Positions 1 through 10,059 of a stretch of 64,000 nucleotides of DNA are shown in pieces. The position numbers and the translations under genes are program-made. The first letter of the stretch is position 1. Each line of letters opens with the position of its first letter. The stretch comes from Ilumatobacteraceae bacterium (lineage in GTDB: Bacteria > Actinomycetota > Acidimicrobiia > Acidimicrobiales > Ilumatobacteraceae), in NCBI GenBank assembly GCA_039916865.1, contig JBDSKN010000015.1, positions 6,225 to 70,224 on the forward strand. Direction: 5' to 3'. The notes under the pieces are model-generated. The model was not told where the DNA came from and made no database searches. It was given only the letters and a program-made list of their open reading frames with translations.

Positions 1-1492
1 TCTTGGTCTGATCAGAGGTGGCACGAGCCGACCGCAGCAAACTCTCACTCACCGGGTCGGAGAACCTCGAGAGGTTCAAGATGCCGGAAAGAATTGCCAA
101 TGGAGTTCCCTTCAACACCCAATTTGGGTTGCCACCTGACATGTCACTCACGATGAACGGAAAGATAAACGCCGTCCCCGTACCTTCCATCAGCAACAGT
201 GACATTGCCTGGAACTGCTGGGGGAAGGCGCGCTGAATGATTTCTGCCACGGTAAACGGCGTCAGGTTTACAGTAAACCCTGCCGCAGCCCCGAAGGTCT
301 TGATCATCTGACCATTGGCCAGGGATTCCACCGAACCACTGGCATAGGGCATCGAAAACACGAGGTCCTTGCCGGTCTCGGCCTTGTAGTCCGCTACATA
401 CCTCTTGGCCTTGACGAGGTCAAAGTTTTGGAAAGCCCTCGTGTTATACATGATGTTGTTCGGTCCGACGATGCTCGTCGGAACGCCACCTAATCCCTTT
501 TGGCGAACCTTGACGAACTTAGCTCGATCCATGGCAAAGGAGAAGGCAAGTCGTGCGTTCCGGCTGTTGAATGGCGCAATGTTGTGATTCAGCCAAACCG
601 ACGGGTAGTAGTCCGCCGGAGAAAGAATCGTCTTTACCTTTGTCACATTTCGAATGTCGATAATCTGCTTGGCCTCGGCCGCGGAAGTGAACATCACCGC
701 ATCGAGAGCACCGCTCTTGACACCCTGGACTCGAGGTGCAACCTCGGAGAGGAAGGTGAACGTGATCCCATCGAGATACGGCAGCTTGTCGCCGTTTGGC
801 GCTTTGCGCCAGTAGGTGGTGTTCTTGGTGACTACAAGTTCGGACAACTTGGTCGAGACCAACTTGAAGGCTCCTGTACCAATTGGTGTCGTCGAGCACT
901 TTGCGCCACTGAGAATCTGGCTTGGTGCACGGGCAAAGAATCGACCGGAGGCATACAGCGAGTCCGGATATTCGGACTCCGCCTGGTAAAGATAGACCGT
1001 CACTTCCATAGGACCGGTCAGCACAACCTTGTCGATGTTGGCGGTAAATCCACCGGCGGTTCCTGGGGAGGGCGCCTTGCCCTGCAGGGTGAGCACGCCA
1101 CGAAGGGCCTGAAGGTTGGTGAGTAATGCCGCACCGTCTACCGCAGTTCCGTCATGGAACTTGATGCCGTCACGGACGGTTAGTTTCCAAGTCTTGTTGT
1201 CGGCGCTGTGAGCCCACGACTTGAGGAGGTACGGCACGATCTTGCCGTCGGAGCGCTGTTCAACCCAGGTCTCATAAATGGTACGGGCACCCATGAGCGC
1301 CGAGTTGGCGAGGTTGTCGGCCATGCAATAGCCAGGAAACGAGTCGAAAATACCAACTTTGATATTTCCGCCGTACTTGGCCGAAACTACTGGCGACGCC
1401 GAACTTGACGCCACTTGACTAAGTGACGCGACAAGTGCAATTGTCATGACAGCAGCAACCTTGCGGCGACCGCCTCTAAAGAGATACTTCAT
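1..1492 (-). CDS. ABC transporter substrate-binding protein, family 5 (peptide/nickel type); 3' end runs off the window
   Basis: Own minus-strand translation from ATG at 1492: MKYLFRGGRRKVAAVMTIALVASLSQVASSSASP (signal peptide) ... PIGTGAFKLVS...NTTYWRK...LPYLDGITF. Absent from the ORF track because its stop lies outside the window. Lies downstream of the ABC ATPase on the same strand. Confidence 0.85.
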   Translation of the reverse strand, partial: MKYLFRGGRRKVAAVMTIALVASLSQVASSSASPVVSAKYGGNIKVGIFDSFPGYCMADNLANSALMGARTIYETWVEQRSDGKIVPYLLKSWAHSADNKTWKLTVRDGIKFHDGTAVDGAALLTNLQALRGVLTLQGKAPSPGTAGGFTANIDKVVLTGPMEVTVYLYQAESEYPDSLYASGRFFARAPSQILSGAKCSTTPIGTGAFKLVSTKLSELVVTKNTTYWRKAPNGDKLPYLDGITFTFLSEVAPRVQGVKSGALDAVMFTSAAEAKQIIDIRNVTKVKTILSPADYYPSVWLNHNIAPFNSRNARLAFSFAMDRAKFVKVRQKGLGGVPTSIVGPNNIMYNTRAFQNFDLVKAKRYVADYKAETGKDLVFSMPYASGSVESLANGQMIKTFGAAAGFTVNLTPFTVAEIIQRAFPQQFQAMSLLLMEGTGTAFIFPFIVSDMSGGNPNWVLKGTPLAILSGILNLSRFSDPVSESLLRSARATSDQTK

Positions 1493-1576
1493 TTAGTTCC
1501 CCTGTTCCCCAAAAGTGACACCACGGTGATGTCAACTGATGGGTGAACATTAGGTAGTGGACTTAGACATTGCAAG

Positions 1577-3622
1577 TCACGCCCCGACCGATGGCGATTG
1601 CATCCTGCGTAATTGGCCAAGGGGTATGTGACAGCGCATGAAGTGTCCCGGCTCGGCCTCCAACAGCTCCGGCTCCTGGCTTGTACACAGGTGTTCCACG
1701 CCGCTACCAGCCATGCGGGGACAGCGCGGGTGGAGAGTGCAACCAGTTGGGGGCTGGGCTGGGCTAGGGATTTCACCGCCGAGCCGAATTCGTTGGCGGG
1801 CGCTTCCATCGATGGCCGGAATCGACGAGACCAGAGCCTCGGTATAGGGATGATGGGGCCCCGAAAAGACAGTTTCGGCGGTACCTAGTTCCATTATTCG
1901 ACCCAAATAGAGCACGGCAATCCGGTCTGAAAGATAGCGCACCACACCAAGGTCATGAGATATAAATAGGTAACTCACATTCTCGGTCGCCTGCAGATCG
2001 GCGAGCAGGTTGAGGATGGTGGCCTGAACCGAGACATCTAGGGCCGAGGTTGGCTCATCGCACACGACGAGTTTGGGATTACCGGCAAACGAGCGGGCGA
2101 TCGCCACTCGTTGTTTGAGGCCCCCAGACAGCTGAGCCGGTTTCACACTGTGGAGCAATGGATCCACGCTCATGTCGGTCAGCAGAGTGCGGGCTCGCTC
2201 TTTCGATAAATCCTTCGATAGCCCGGCCAATTTTTCGACCGCGCGCGACACGATACGGGTTACGGAATGTCGCCGATTGAGTGCCGAATCTGGGTTTTGG
2301 AAAATGATTTGCACCGATCCGACTTCGTTGGCGCTGCGATCGGCCAGCGTTGCACCGAGCGCCGTCCCGTCGAGTAAAATTGTGCTTCCGGCATCGGGAT
2401 TTGTCAGGCCAAGAACAAGTCGCGCCAGCGTCGTTTTTCCCGATCCAGATTCGCCCACGAGCCCAAGTGTCTCGCCGGCAGCCAAGTGGAGAGCGATTTC
2501 CGTCAGCACCCGAATGTCGTGGCCATCGTGTTTGAATGTCTTGGTCACGTGGCTTAGCGCAAGTAGTGGCGCATCGTTATCGGTGACAAATTTTTCGGTG
2601 CGTTGAGCGATTCCGGTGACTGCAATGCTGCGCGGAAGATTGGCCGCCTGGTCGTGAAAGTAACAACGACTTAGATGTCCAACACCGAGATCGAACAGCG
2701 GGGGATTTTCGAGTCGACAAATGTTCTGAGCCAGTGAGCAGCGATCCACGAACACGCAACCAGACAGCTTGGCGCCGAGTGGAGGAGGCGTACCAGGTAT
2801 GGTATCGAGCCGATCGTGCCGTTTCTGTAAACCTCCTTTTGGAATACAACGAAGAAGTCCAACCGTGTAGGGATGACTTGGGGTTGAAAGAATTGTCTGA
2901 GTGTCGCCTTCCTCTACAATCGATCCTGCGTAGAGAACGCCAACACGGTCACACATCGTGCGAATCACTCCGAGATTATGACTGATAAACAGCACAGATG
3001 TTCCAGACTCTGCACGCAGCCCGCGAATGAGATCGAGCACTTCGGCCTCGACGGTTGCATCTAATCCAGTTGTCGGTTCATCCAATACCAGTAGTCGAGG
3101 ATTCGATGCGAGTGCCATCGCAATAACTACTCGCTGAGCCATTCCTCCGGAAAGTTGATGCGGGTAGCGACGCATCACGGCCGGCGGATCGGCAATCTGC
3201 ACCTTGCGGAGCGCCTCTTTGGCGAGGACGAGGCTGTCTCTCTTGCTATGGCCTAGAAGCATGTACGACTCGGCCACCTGGACACCAACACGAATTGTCG
3301 GATTGAGTGCCGTGATTGGGTTTTGGTACACCATTGAGATGGCCCTAGAGCGCAACTCGCGGATTTCTTTCCAGCTCACATTGGTTAAGTCTCGTCCCTC
3401 GAAGTGAATTGAGCCGCTCGATATCACCCCGTTTCGAGGTAGATATCGCATTGCCGCGAACGCCGCGGTGGATTTCCCGCAACCGGACTCGCCGACCAAT
3501 CCGTACGACTCGCCTGGGGCTATCTTGAACGAAACATCACGCAACACTGTGCGGTAGATACCTCGCACGCGGTATGCCACTTGCAGTTCTCGCAATTCTA
3601 AGGTGGGGTTCTGCTCGCTCAC
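1577..3622 (-). CDS. Fused double ATP-binding protein of an Opp/Dpp-type ABC importer (OppD-OppF-like fusion)
   Basis: Two Walker A motifs (GESGCGKST, GESGSGKTT), two LSGG signatures (LSGGMAQR, LSGGLKQR) and two Walker B motifs (LLVLDEPT, LVVCDEPT). Start set to GTG 3622, which forms a GTGA overlap with the permease stop at 3619-3621. Confidence 0.9.
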   Translation of the reverse strand: MSEQNPTLELRELQVAYRVRGIYRTVLRDVSFKIAPGESYGLVGESGCGKSTAAFAAMRYLPRNGVISSGSIHFEGRDLTNVSWKEIRELRSRAISMVYQNPITALNPTIRVGVQVAESYMLLGHSKRDSLVLAKEALRKVQIADPPAVMRRYPHQLSGGMAQRVVIAMALASNPRLLVLDEPTTGLDATVEAEVLDLIRGLRAESGTSVLFISHNLGVIRTMCDRVGVLYAGSIVEEGDTQTILSTPSHPYTVGLLRCIPKGGLQKRHDRLDTIPGTPPPLGAKLSGCVFVDRCSLAQNICRLENPPLFDLGVGHLSRCYFHDQAANLPRSIAVTGIAQRTEKFVTDNDAPLLALSHVTKTFKHDGHDIRVLTEIALHLAAGETLGLVGESGSGKTTLARLVLGLTNPDAGSTILLDGTALGATLADRSANEVGSVQIIFQNPDSALNRRHSVTRIVSRAVEKLAGLSKDLSKERARTLLTDMSVDPLLHSVKPAQLSGGLKQRVAIARSFAGNPKLVVCDEPTSALDVSVQATILNLLADLQATENVSYLFISHDLGVVRYLSDRIAVLYLGRIMELGTAETVFSGPHHPYTEALVSSIPAIDGSARQRIRLGGEIPSPAQPPTGCTLHPRCPRMAGSGVEHLCTSQEPELLEAEPGHFMRCHIPLGQLRRMQSPSVGA

Positions 3623-4497
3623 AGATCGAATGCCTCCATAACACCATCGGCAATCAGATTGATGGCAATGGCAAGAGTTGCAATTGCGGCGGCCGGAAAT
3701 ACGGTCGACCACCAGATGTTTCCATATATGCGTGTGTAGTTTTCTGCCACCTGCGAGCCCCAATTTGGCGAACCGAGTTCAACGCCAACGCCTAGGAATG
3801 AAAGAGTGGCGATCGCGAACACCGCATAACCAAGCCGAATTGTGAATTCAACAATGATTGGAGGCAACACATTGGGCAAAATCTCAACAAACAGAATGTG
3901 CGGCATCCGCTCGGAGCGAAGTTTGGCGGCGGCTACGTAGTCAAGTTCGGCTTCGTTGAGAACTGTGGCTCGAACTGTTCGCGCAATGATGGGGGTGAAA
4001 ACAAAGCCAACGATGATCACGGTGATGGTGGATGATGAGCCGTCGACTGCTGCCAGGGCGAGCAGAGCGATGACCAAAACCGGCAGGGCCGAGATTGCAT
4101 CCAGAACGCGCATCGTGATCGCATCGAACTTGCCCTTCAGGTAGCCGGTGGTAAGGCCAATCAAGGTGCCAAACACCGTGCCGAGGATGGTTGCGACAGC
4201 CGCCATGATCATGATCGGTCGCGCACCGACAATGACTCGGGCAAAAACGTCTCGACCCAAACTGTCAGTGCCAAACCAGAACTCCTTGGACGGCGACCGA
4301 TCGCTGGCCAAAACGTTTACGGCCGAATAATCCTTCGAGGTAAGCATCGTGCCGACCACAGCACACAGAATCCAAAAACCCAAGATGACTGCCCCTGCAA
4401 CGAAGGCTCGGTTGCGGCGCAACTGGGTAAGTCGTTCCCGTCGAATTCGGACACGCTCGGCTAAATCTGTCTGCCGCAGGCTAGGCGTATCGCTCAT
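3619..4497 (-). CDS. ABC transporter permease (DppC/OppC-like)
   Basis: 292-aa multi-TM protein with an N-terminal OppC-like segment. Its ATG shares 1 nt with the upstream permease stop (TAATG). Confidence 0.9.
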   Translation of the reverse strand: MSDTPSLRQTDLAERVRIRRERLTQLRRNRAFVAGAVILGFWILCAVVGTMLTSKDYSAVNVLASDRSPSKEFWFGTDSLGRDVFARVIVGARPIMIMAAVATILGTVFGTLIGLTTGYLKGKFDAITMRVLDAISALPVLVIALLALAAVDGSSSTITVIIVGFVFTPIIARTVRATVLNEAELDYVAAAKLRSERMPHILFVEILPNVLPPIIVEFTIRLGYAVFAIATLSFLGVGVELGSPNWGSQVAENYTRIYGNIWWSTVFPAAAIATLAIAINLIADGVMEAFDL

Positions 4498-5466
4498 TAT
4501 TTTGTCCTCTGGCGAATTCGTGGATTGAGAACCGCAAACAAGATGTCGGCAATTAGTTGAACCGACACGATGACGACCGCAACAATCAGTACAGCGGCCT
4601 GCAGCACCGGATAGTCGCGGAATTGCACGGCCTTTAGTAACAGGGTGCCAAATCCTGGGTAATTAAATACGCGTTCTACCGCAACTAGCCCGCCGATGAG
4701 GTACGGCACTTGGGACGCAATCACGGCAATTGTCGGGAGTAGTGCGTTGCGCAGAATGTGTCGCGTCACGGTGACGCGCTGGTTTAGTCCTTTGAGATAT
4801 GCGGTGCGCACATAATCGGAATCAAATGCTTCGATAACGCCTGCCCGCGTAATTCGAGAGATATAGCCGAACAAAACCAATATCAGCGCAATCGACGGAA
4901 GGATGAGGTGGTGGACAATGGTAAGAACGCCTGCGCTCTGGCCGGGAAAGGCGTTGACCGGGAGCCATCGCAATTTAACGCCGAAGACGAGAACTAGGAG
5001 CACGGCCCACACAAACTCGGGTACGACCGCTGCCGAAAGTCCCCCAACTGTGATTACCCTGTCGACCGGTTTGCCACGATTGATTCCGGCCACGACTCCG
5101 GCGATGATGCTGAGTGGAATGGTGAGGATAAATGCCATTGCTGCCAGGCGTAACGAGTAACCAATTGCGGGCAGGAGAATCTTTGTTACTGGCACCTTGA
5201 ACTGAACCGAATCACCAAGATCGCCGCGCAGAGCGTCGCCAAGCCAGTTCCAATACTGGACAGGGATAGGTTTATCGAGTCCTAGTTTCAGTTCCAGTTT
5301 TAATACCGCTTCGCGTTCGGCGAGATTGCCAAGGATTCGCTCGGCTGCATTGCCGGGGAGAATGTGGGTCATGAAAAAAATTGCGGCGGTGACAATTAGA
5401 ACCGTAAAAAAAGCAAGCGCAATGCGCTTCAGTATGTAGCGGCCCACATCGGACACTCTAGGTGCC
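4497..5466 (-). CDS. ABC transporter permease (DppB/OppB-like)
   Basis: Begins (V)GRYILKRIALAFFTVLIV, the typical DppB-type N-terminus, and is multi-TM. Start is uncertain between GTG 5466 and GTG 5457; the ORF-track extension to 5531 is unlikely. Confidence 0.8.
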
Positions 5467-5546
5467 GATGCGTGACGACCGGAAGACGATAATAGTTTGT
5501 TGCAAAGCTGCGACGAACCGCCGCAGACCAACGGAATTTCTGCTAC

Positions 5547-7214
5547 TTATACGTTGTGCGCAGCGGCAGATTCAAACTGTTGCATGCCGTTGGCATAGAA
5601 GCCTGCCAGGCCCTTGCGAACAACTGCTGTCTGGGTGCCGAAGTAAAGGAAAAGATACGGAGTGTCCTCCAAGCAGAGTTCTTGAATACTCTTGCTGGCT
5701 GCCTTACGAGCATCATCGGTGGTTGCCGAGATGTACACATCGGCCGCCGCATCGAATGCATCGCTCTTGTAGTGGGCGGCGTTCCAGTCGCCTGTGGATT
5801 TGAATGCACGGGTGAGAATTTCGACTGGCGAGCCACGGTGTCCCCAGTTCGTAATACCAAAATTGGACTCGAGCCAAACGTGGTTCTCCACCTCTTTGGA
5901 TTCCTGTGCGGTCCACGGTGGTGAATAGTAAGAATCGGCCAACTTAATAGTGACCTTGATGCCGATTTCAGCCAGTGACGATTGCAGGAATGGTGCCAGT
6001 AAATTGATGTCGTCGCGAGCAAAACTGGACAGGTCAACTTCGAATCCGTCGGCGACCCCCGCTTCCGCCATTAGTGCTTTCGCTTTGACCAAGTCCTTTT
6101 CTCGCTGGGGCACCGAGGTGTCCTTAGTCGCATACGCGTCCATGATGCTGTCGTTTCCAACCACACCCGAACCTTTGAGCACGCCGTCCACGTAATCTTG
6201 ACGGGCAAGCGTTAAGGCTGCGGCCTGACGGACTCGCTTGTCTTGGAACGGCCCGAAATCGTTGCGCATATGAACTGCCAAGTGGCCAGAAGATGCAACC
6301 TGAACTAGGTCAGCTCGGCTGAGGTCGATGGTCGCTGCGACGGCAGGGGTGACACCAACAATGGCATCGATCTGACCCGTTACCAACTGAGCCACGGCGG
6401 ATTCGGCGGACTCAAACTGGATGACTTCAAGCGCATCGAAGGATGGGATTCGAGAGGGGTCCCAATAATTGTCGTTGCGGGTGAAGGTGGTGCGGTCTCC
6501 CTCGGTGTACTTGTCGAGCACCCAAGGTCAGCAGCCGTTCATCGTGGTCTGCCAGCCTTCGCCGCCGCTCTCGCCATCTTTAAAGATGAACAAGCCATAA
6601 CTGGTGGAACTGAGGATGCTTGGGAAACTACCTACTGCCCCGAGCAGTGAGAACTGAACCGTATTGTCGTCGATCTTGGTGATGCCATCGGCCTCCAAGA
6701 TGCCCGCAAACTTTCCAGCAGATTGCGAGGCGTTGTCTGGATTTAGGTGGCTACTGATTGTCCACACCACGTCGTTGGCGGAAAGGGGAGAGCCATCGTG
6801 GAAGGTGATGCCTTGCCGGATCACATATGTCCATGTTTGACCACCGTCGTCGCTACTCCAACTTTCGGCAACACGAGGAGCAAGTTCACCCTTATCGTCC
6901 TCCCAGGCAAGGTATTCACCTACTGCGCAAAGAATTTGCAAACTACCTTCGTCGGCCGTTGTAAAAGGTGTTGGGGCCGCGGCAAGTTTGCCGCCTGCTA
7001 CTCGCAGCGTGCCACCTTGGGCAACACCTGGATCAACTGTCGTATCCGTGCCAACGCTGGTTGTGCTTGCCGATTTATCGTCGCTCCCGCATGCAGCGAG
7101 GCCGAAAAGACTTGCTCCCAAACCGGCTACGGCAACACCCTTAATAAAGTGGCGGCGCGTCAACCCACTTGTTGCGGATACGACATCACTAATTTGCTTT
7201 TCGATTTCAGACAT
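5547..7214 (-). pseudogene. Family-5 ABC substrate-binding lipoprotein interrupted by one in-frame TGA (6528-6530)
   Basis: ORFs 6528..7226 and 5547..6521 are in the same frame, separated only by TGA-CCT-TGG. The N-terminal part carries a Tat-like signal plus lipobox (TRRHFIKGVAVAGLGASLFGLAAC). The junction reads ...TTMNGC*PWVLDKYTEGDRTTFTRNDNYWD. A GGGGG RBS-like run lies 5' of ATG 7214. Confidence 0.7.
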
Positions 7215-7292
7215 ATGTCCCCCCACAGGCTGATGTGTCAGCGGTAACCATAGTCTCGATACTCACGGGCGTGCCAATGACTTTGCAAGAAA

Positions 7293-7541
7293 TTAACCCT
7301 GGAGGAGGTCTGAACTGTCGATCTTGAGGGCCGTGGAGAGCCGGACGATGGTGTCCATTGCCGGCGAAAAGTGGCCGTTTTCAATGCGGTTTATCGTTTT
7401 TCGGTCAACGCCGGCAATTTGGGCCAGTCGGGCCTGGCTGAGGTCATGGTCCTGACGAAGTTCGTACAGCCTTGCGGCTAGGACAAGGCGTTGCTCTTTG
7501 ACGCGACGCTTGAGCAACGCTGCTGTAATTTTCTGTGCCAT
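7293..7541 (-). CDS. XRE-family helix-turn-helix transcriptional regulator
   Basis: 82 aa containing LSQARLAQIAGVDRKTINRIENG, a Cro/C1-type HTH. Sits directly upstream of the ABC operon on the same strand. Confidence 0.8.
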   Translation of the reverse strand: MAQKITAALLKRRVKEQRLVLAARLYELRQDHDLSQARLAQIAGVDRKTINRIENGHFSPAMDTIVRLSTALKIDSSDLLQG

Positions 7542-7623
7542 AGACTAAATATAGGTCTCTTTTCCAAGGATGTCGGACCTTCGTCCGATATCGATGCGCG
7601 CGGTGACCCCGTATCCTTAAAAC

Positions 7624-8658
7624 ATGCGTCTCGCAGTCCTAACAGGCGGTGGCGACTGCCCAGGGCTAAATGCCGTCATTCGGGCTATCACCCGCAAGGC
7701 GGAAAATCGCTTTGGCGACACCGTAATTGGTTTTTATGACTCCTGGGACGGGGTGATGGAGCAGCGATATGTCGAACTCACCACGGCATCGATAAGGGGG
7801 TTACTGCCCAAGGGTGGAACTGTCCTAGGCACGCGACGCGGGAGTCCATTCGATTATTCAGATGGCGTTCGCCGCGTTGAGGCGTCGCTCATTTCCTTGC
7901 GAATTGATGCACTCATCGTAATCGGGGGTAATGGATCGCTGACGGTCGCATCAATCTTGCATCAGCATCATGGTCTGCCGATCATCGGCGTTCCAAAGAC
8001 AATTGACAATGATGTGGTTGGCACAGACACAACATTCGGCTTTCAAACTGCGGTGCAAATCGCAACGGATGCAATAGATCGATTGCACACGACGGCCGAG
8101 AGCCACGACCGAATCATGGTTGTCGAAGTGATGGGTCGCGATGCAGGTTGGATCGCAATGCACGCCGGAATCGCCGGAGGAGCGACTGCAATTCTGATAC
8201 CCGAAGTTCCATTTGATATTGATGAGGTCGCCGCGATCGTGGCGCGGCGACATTCACGCGGAAGATATGCATCGGTAGTTGTCGTTGCCGAAGGGGCTTT
8301 GCCCAAGTCGGGGATGCTTGTGGTGCCGGCTCGAAAGCTTGATCGATACGGGCACGAGTTACTTGGAGACATAGCGCACATTGTCGGTCCAGAATTATCC
8401 TTGCGCACCGGTTACGAATCGAGGGTGGTGCAATTGGGGCATGTCCAGCGAGGTGGAACCCCGAGTGCCTACGACCGAGTGCTGTCGACTCGATTCGGCT
8501 TGGCGGCGGTTGATGCCGCACATAACAAGGCATTTGGAGACATGGTCGTATTGCGCTGCGGAAAAATCGAACGAGAGACGATGATAGTCACTCAGGGCAA
8601 GACTCGAACCGTTGATATCGATCTGTTCGATGACGTTGCCGCCACATTCTTTGGATAG
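7624..8658 (+). CDS. pfkA: 6-phosphofructokinase (phosphoryl donor not assignable by eye)
   Basis: MRLAVLTGGGDCPGLNAVIRA..., IGGNGS, PKTIDND, MGRDAGW, GHVQRGG: the PFK family signature blocks. Confidence 0.9.
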   Translation: MRLAVLTGGGDCPGLNAVIRAITRKAENRFGDTVIGFYDSWDGVMEQRYVELTTASIRGLLPKGGTVLGTRRGSPFDYSDGVRRVEASLISLRIDALIVIGGNGSLTVASILHQHHGLPIIGVPKTIDNDVVGTDTTFGFQTAVQIATDAIDRLHTTAESHDRIMVVEVMGRDAGWIAMHAGIAGGATAILIPEVPFDIDEVAAIVARRHSRGRYASVVVVAEGALPKSGMLVVPARKLDRYGHELLGDIAHIVGPELSLRTGYESRVVQLGHVQRGGTPSAYDRVLSTRFGLAAVDAAHNKAFGDMVVLRCGKIERETMIVTQGKTRTVDIDLFDDVAATFFG

Positions 8659-8671
8659 CGCTAACGGCCCA

Positions 8672-9316
8672 TTAATTAGGTGGTCCAAACTGACGGTCAC
8701 CGGCATCACCGAGTCCCGGCACGATAAATGCATGTTCGTTGAGCCGCTCGTCGACCGAAGCGGTGACGATGTGTAAATCCATTCCCGACTTTTTGAGAAA
8801 CTCGATGCCTTCTGGAGCCGCAAGCACGCAGGCAATAATGATTGGTTGTGGCGCGCCACGATTAGCGAGTAGCCGACATCCATGCTCGAGCGATCCTCCG
8901 GTAGCGAGCATCGGGTCGAGCACAATGCAATGTCGACCGTCTAGACGGGACGGAAGCTTTGCCACGTATTCACTTGGAGCATGAGTTTGTTCGTCGCGTT
9001 GCACCCCCACAACCGCGATGTCGGCATCGGGCAGAAGTTCCATCGCCGCCGGCAACATTCCTAGTCCCGCTCGCAAAATTGGAACAAGCACCGGACGCTG
9101 CGAAATTTTTGCACCGCTTGTTCTAGCCAATGGGGTTGTTACAACAACCTTGGTGATCGGCAGGGCTCGAGCCGCTTCGGCCACCACAATTAATGACAGT
9201 CGTCGCATTTCTGCGCGAAAGAATTGATTGGATGTGTTGATATCGCGAAGGTGCGTCAGGGCTTCGGCGGCAATTGGATGATCAATGACGGTGACATGTA
9301 CGGCCATGGTCCCCAT
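8672..9316 (-). CDS. upp: Uracil phosphoribosyltransferase
   Basis: VTVIDHPIAAEALTHLRD..., LVPILRAGLGM, and PRPP-binding loop IVLDPMLATGGS. Confidence 0.9.
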   Translation of the reverse strand: MGTMAVHVTVIDHPIAAEALTHLRDINTSNQFFRAEMRRLSLIVVAEAARALPITKVVVTTPLARTSGAKISQRPVLVPILRAGLGMLPAAMELLPDADIAVVGVQRDEQTHAPSEYVAKLPSRLDGRHCIVLDPMLATGGSLEHGCRLLANRGAPQPIIIACVLAAPEGIEFLKKSGMDLHIVTASVDERLNEHAFIVPGLGDAGDRQFGPPN

Positions 9317-9343
9317 CTTTGCCTATTGGTAGCGTGAGCACCA

Positions 9344-10057
9344 ATGTCGGGAATTATTGACATCCAATTGGTGGCGACTACCGCCGACGCCGCCGAGGCA
9401 TCCATGCTGTTTGACCGCGTCTGGGAAGCGGCATCAATGGTCCCTCCCGAAATCATTGTTGCCGCGCTACACAGTGGCGGATATTGCGCGCTAGCCCGAC
9501 TTGGCGACACGGTTGTCGGGGCTTCATTTGCGTTGGCGTCCAACAATGGAATCCTGCATTCGCATGTCACCGGTGTTGCCAAGGGTCACTCGGGATCCGG
9601 AATTGGCGCACAATTGAAGAGACATCAATGGAATTGGGCGCAGGCACACGGTTATCGGGCGATCGGTTGGACCTTTGACCCATTGATACGACGAAACGCA
9701 TGGTTCAATCTCGTCAAACTTGGCGCAGAAGTTGTGTCGTACCACGAAAATTTCTATGGCGAACTAGCTGATTCCATCAATTCGGGTGACCACAGCGACA
9801 GGCTGTACGTGAATTGGAGTGTGTCCGCCACCGGCAACTCGACATCGGGAGTATTTGTAGTCGCCACCGGCAATGACGTCGTCGTGCCCACTCCCGACGA
9901 TATTGAGTCCCTGCGTCAACTCGACCGTTGTGCGGCTCTTGAATGGCGCCTTCGCCACCGAGAATTATTGCGCTTATTGTGGCAGCCAAGTGCCTACATT
10001 CGAGGACTTACCGAAAATTCTGAATATGTGATCTCCACCAATGATCGGAAGGCCTGA
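9344..10057 (+). CDS. GNAT-like acyltransferase (actinobacterial conserved family)
   Basis: HSHVTGVAKGHSGSGIGAQLKRHQWNWAQAHGYRAIGWTFDPLIRRNAWFNLVKLGA resembles a GNAT acyl-CoA binding core. A 2-nt gap separates it from the downstream enolase-superfamily gene. Confidence 0.55.
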   Translation: MSGIIDIQLVATTADAAEASMLFDRVWEAASMVPPEIIVAALHSGGYCALARLGDTVVGASFALASNNGILHSHVTGVAKGHSGSGIGAQLKRHQWNWAQAHGYRAIGWTFDPLIRRNAWFNLVKLGAEVVSYHENFYGELADSINSGDHSDRLYVNWSVSATGNSTSGVFVVATGNDVVVPTPDDIESLRQLDRCAALEWRLRHRELLRLLWQPSAYIRGLTENSEYVISTNDRKA

Positions 10058-10059
10058 GC

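Noticed and set aside
18-1408. Plus-strand ORFs at the left edge (18..236, 405..587, 500..1126, 1208..1408).
   Set aside because: They are shadow ORFs opposite a well-supported minus-strand family-5 binding-protein gene (signal peptide, GTGAF motif). Their translations have no recognisable motifs.
6528-6530. In-frame TGA read as selenocysteine, or as a genome-wide TGA-to-Gly (code 25) reassignment.
   Set aside because: TGA clearly terminates many genes in this window, often in ATGA/GTGA overlaps with the next start (3619, 25591, 43347, 44780, 58302, 59348). I see no convincing SECIS-like hairpin just downstream. Family-5 binding proteins are not known selenoproteins.
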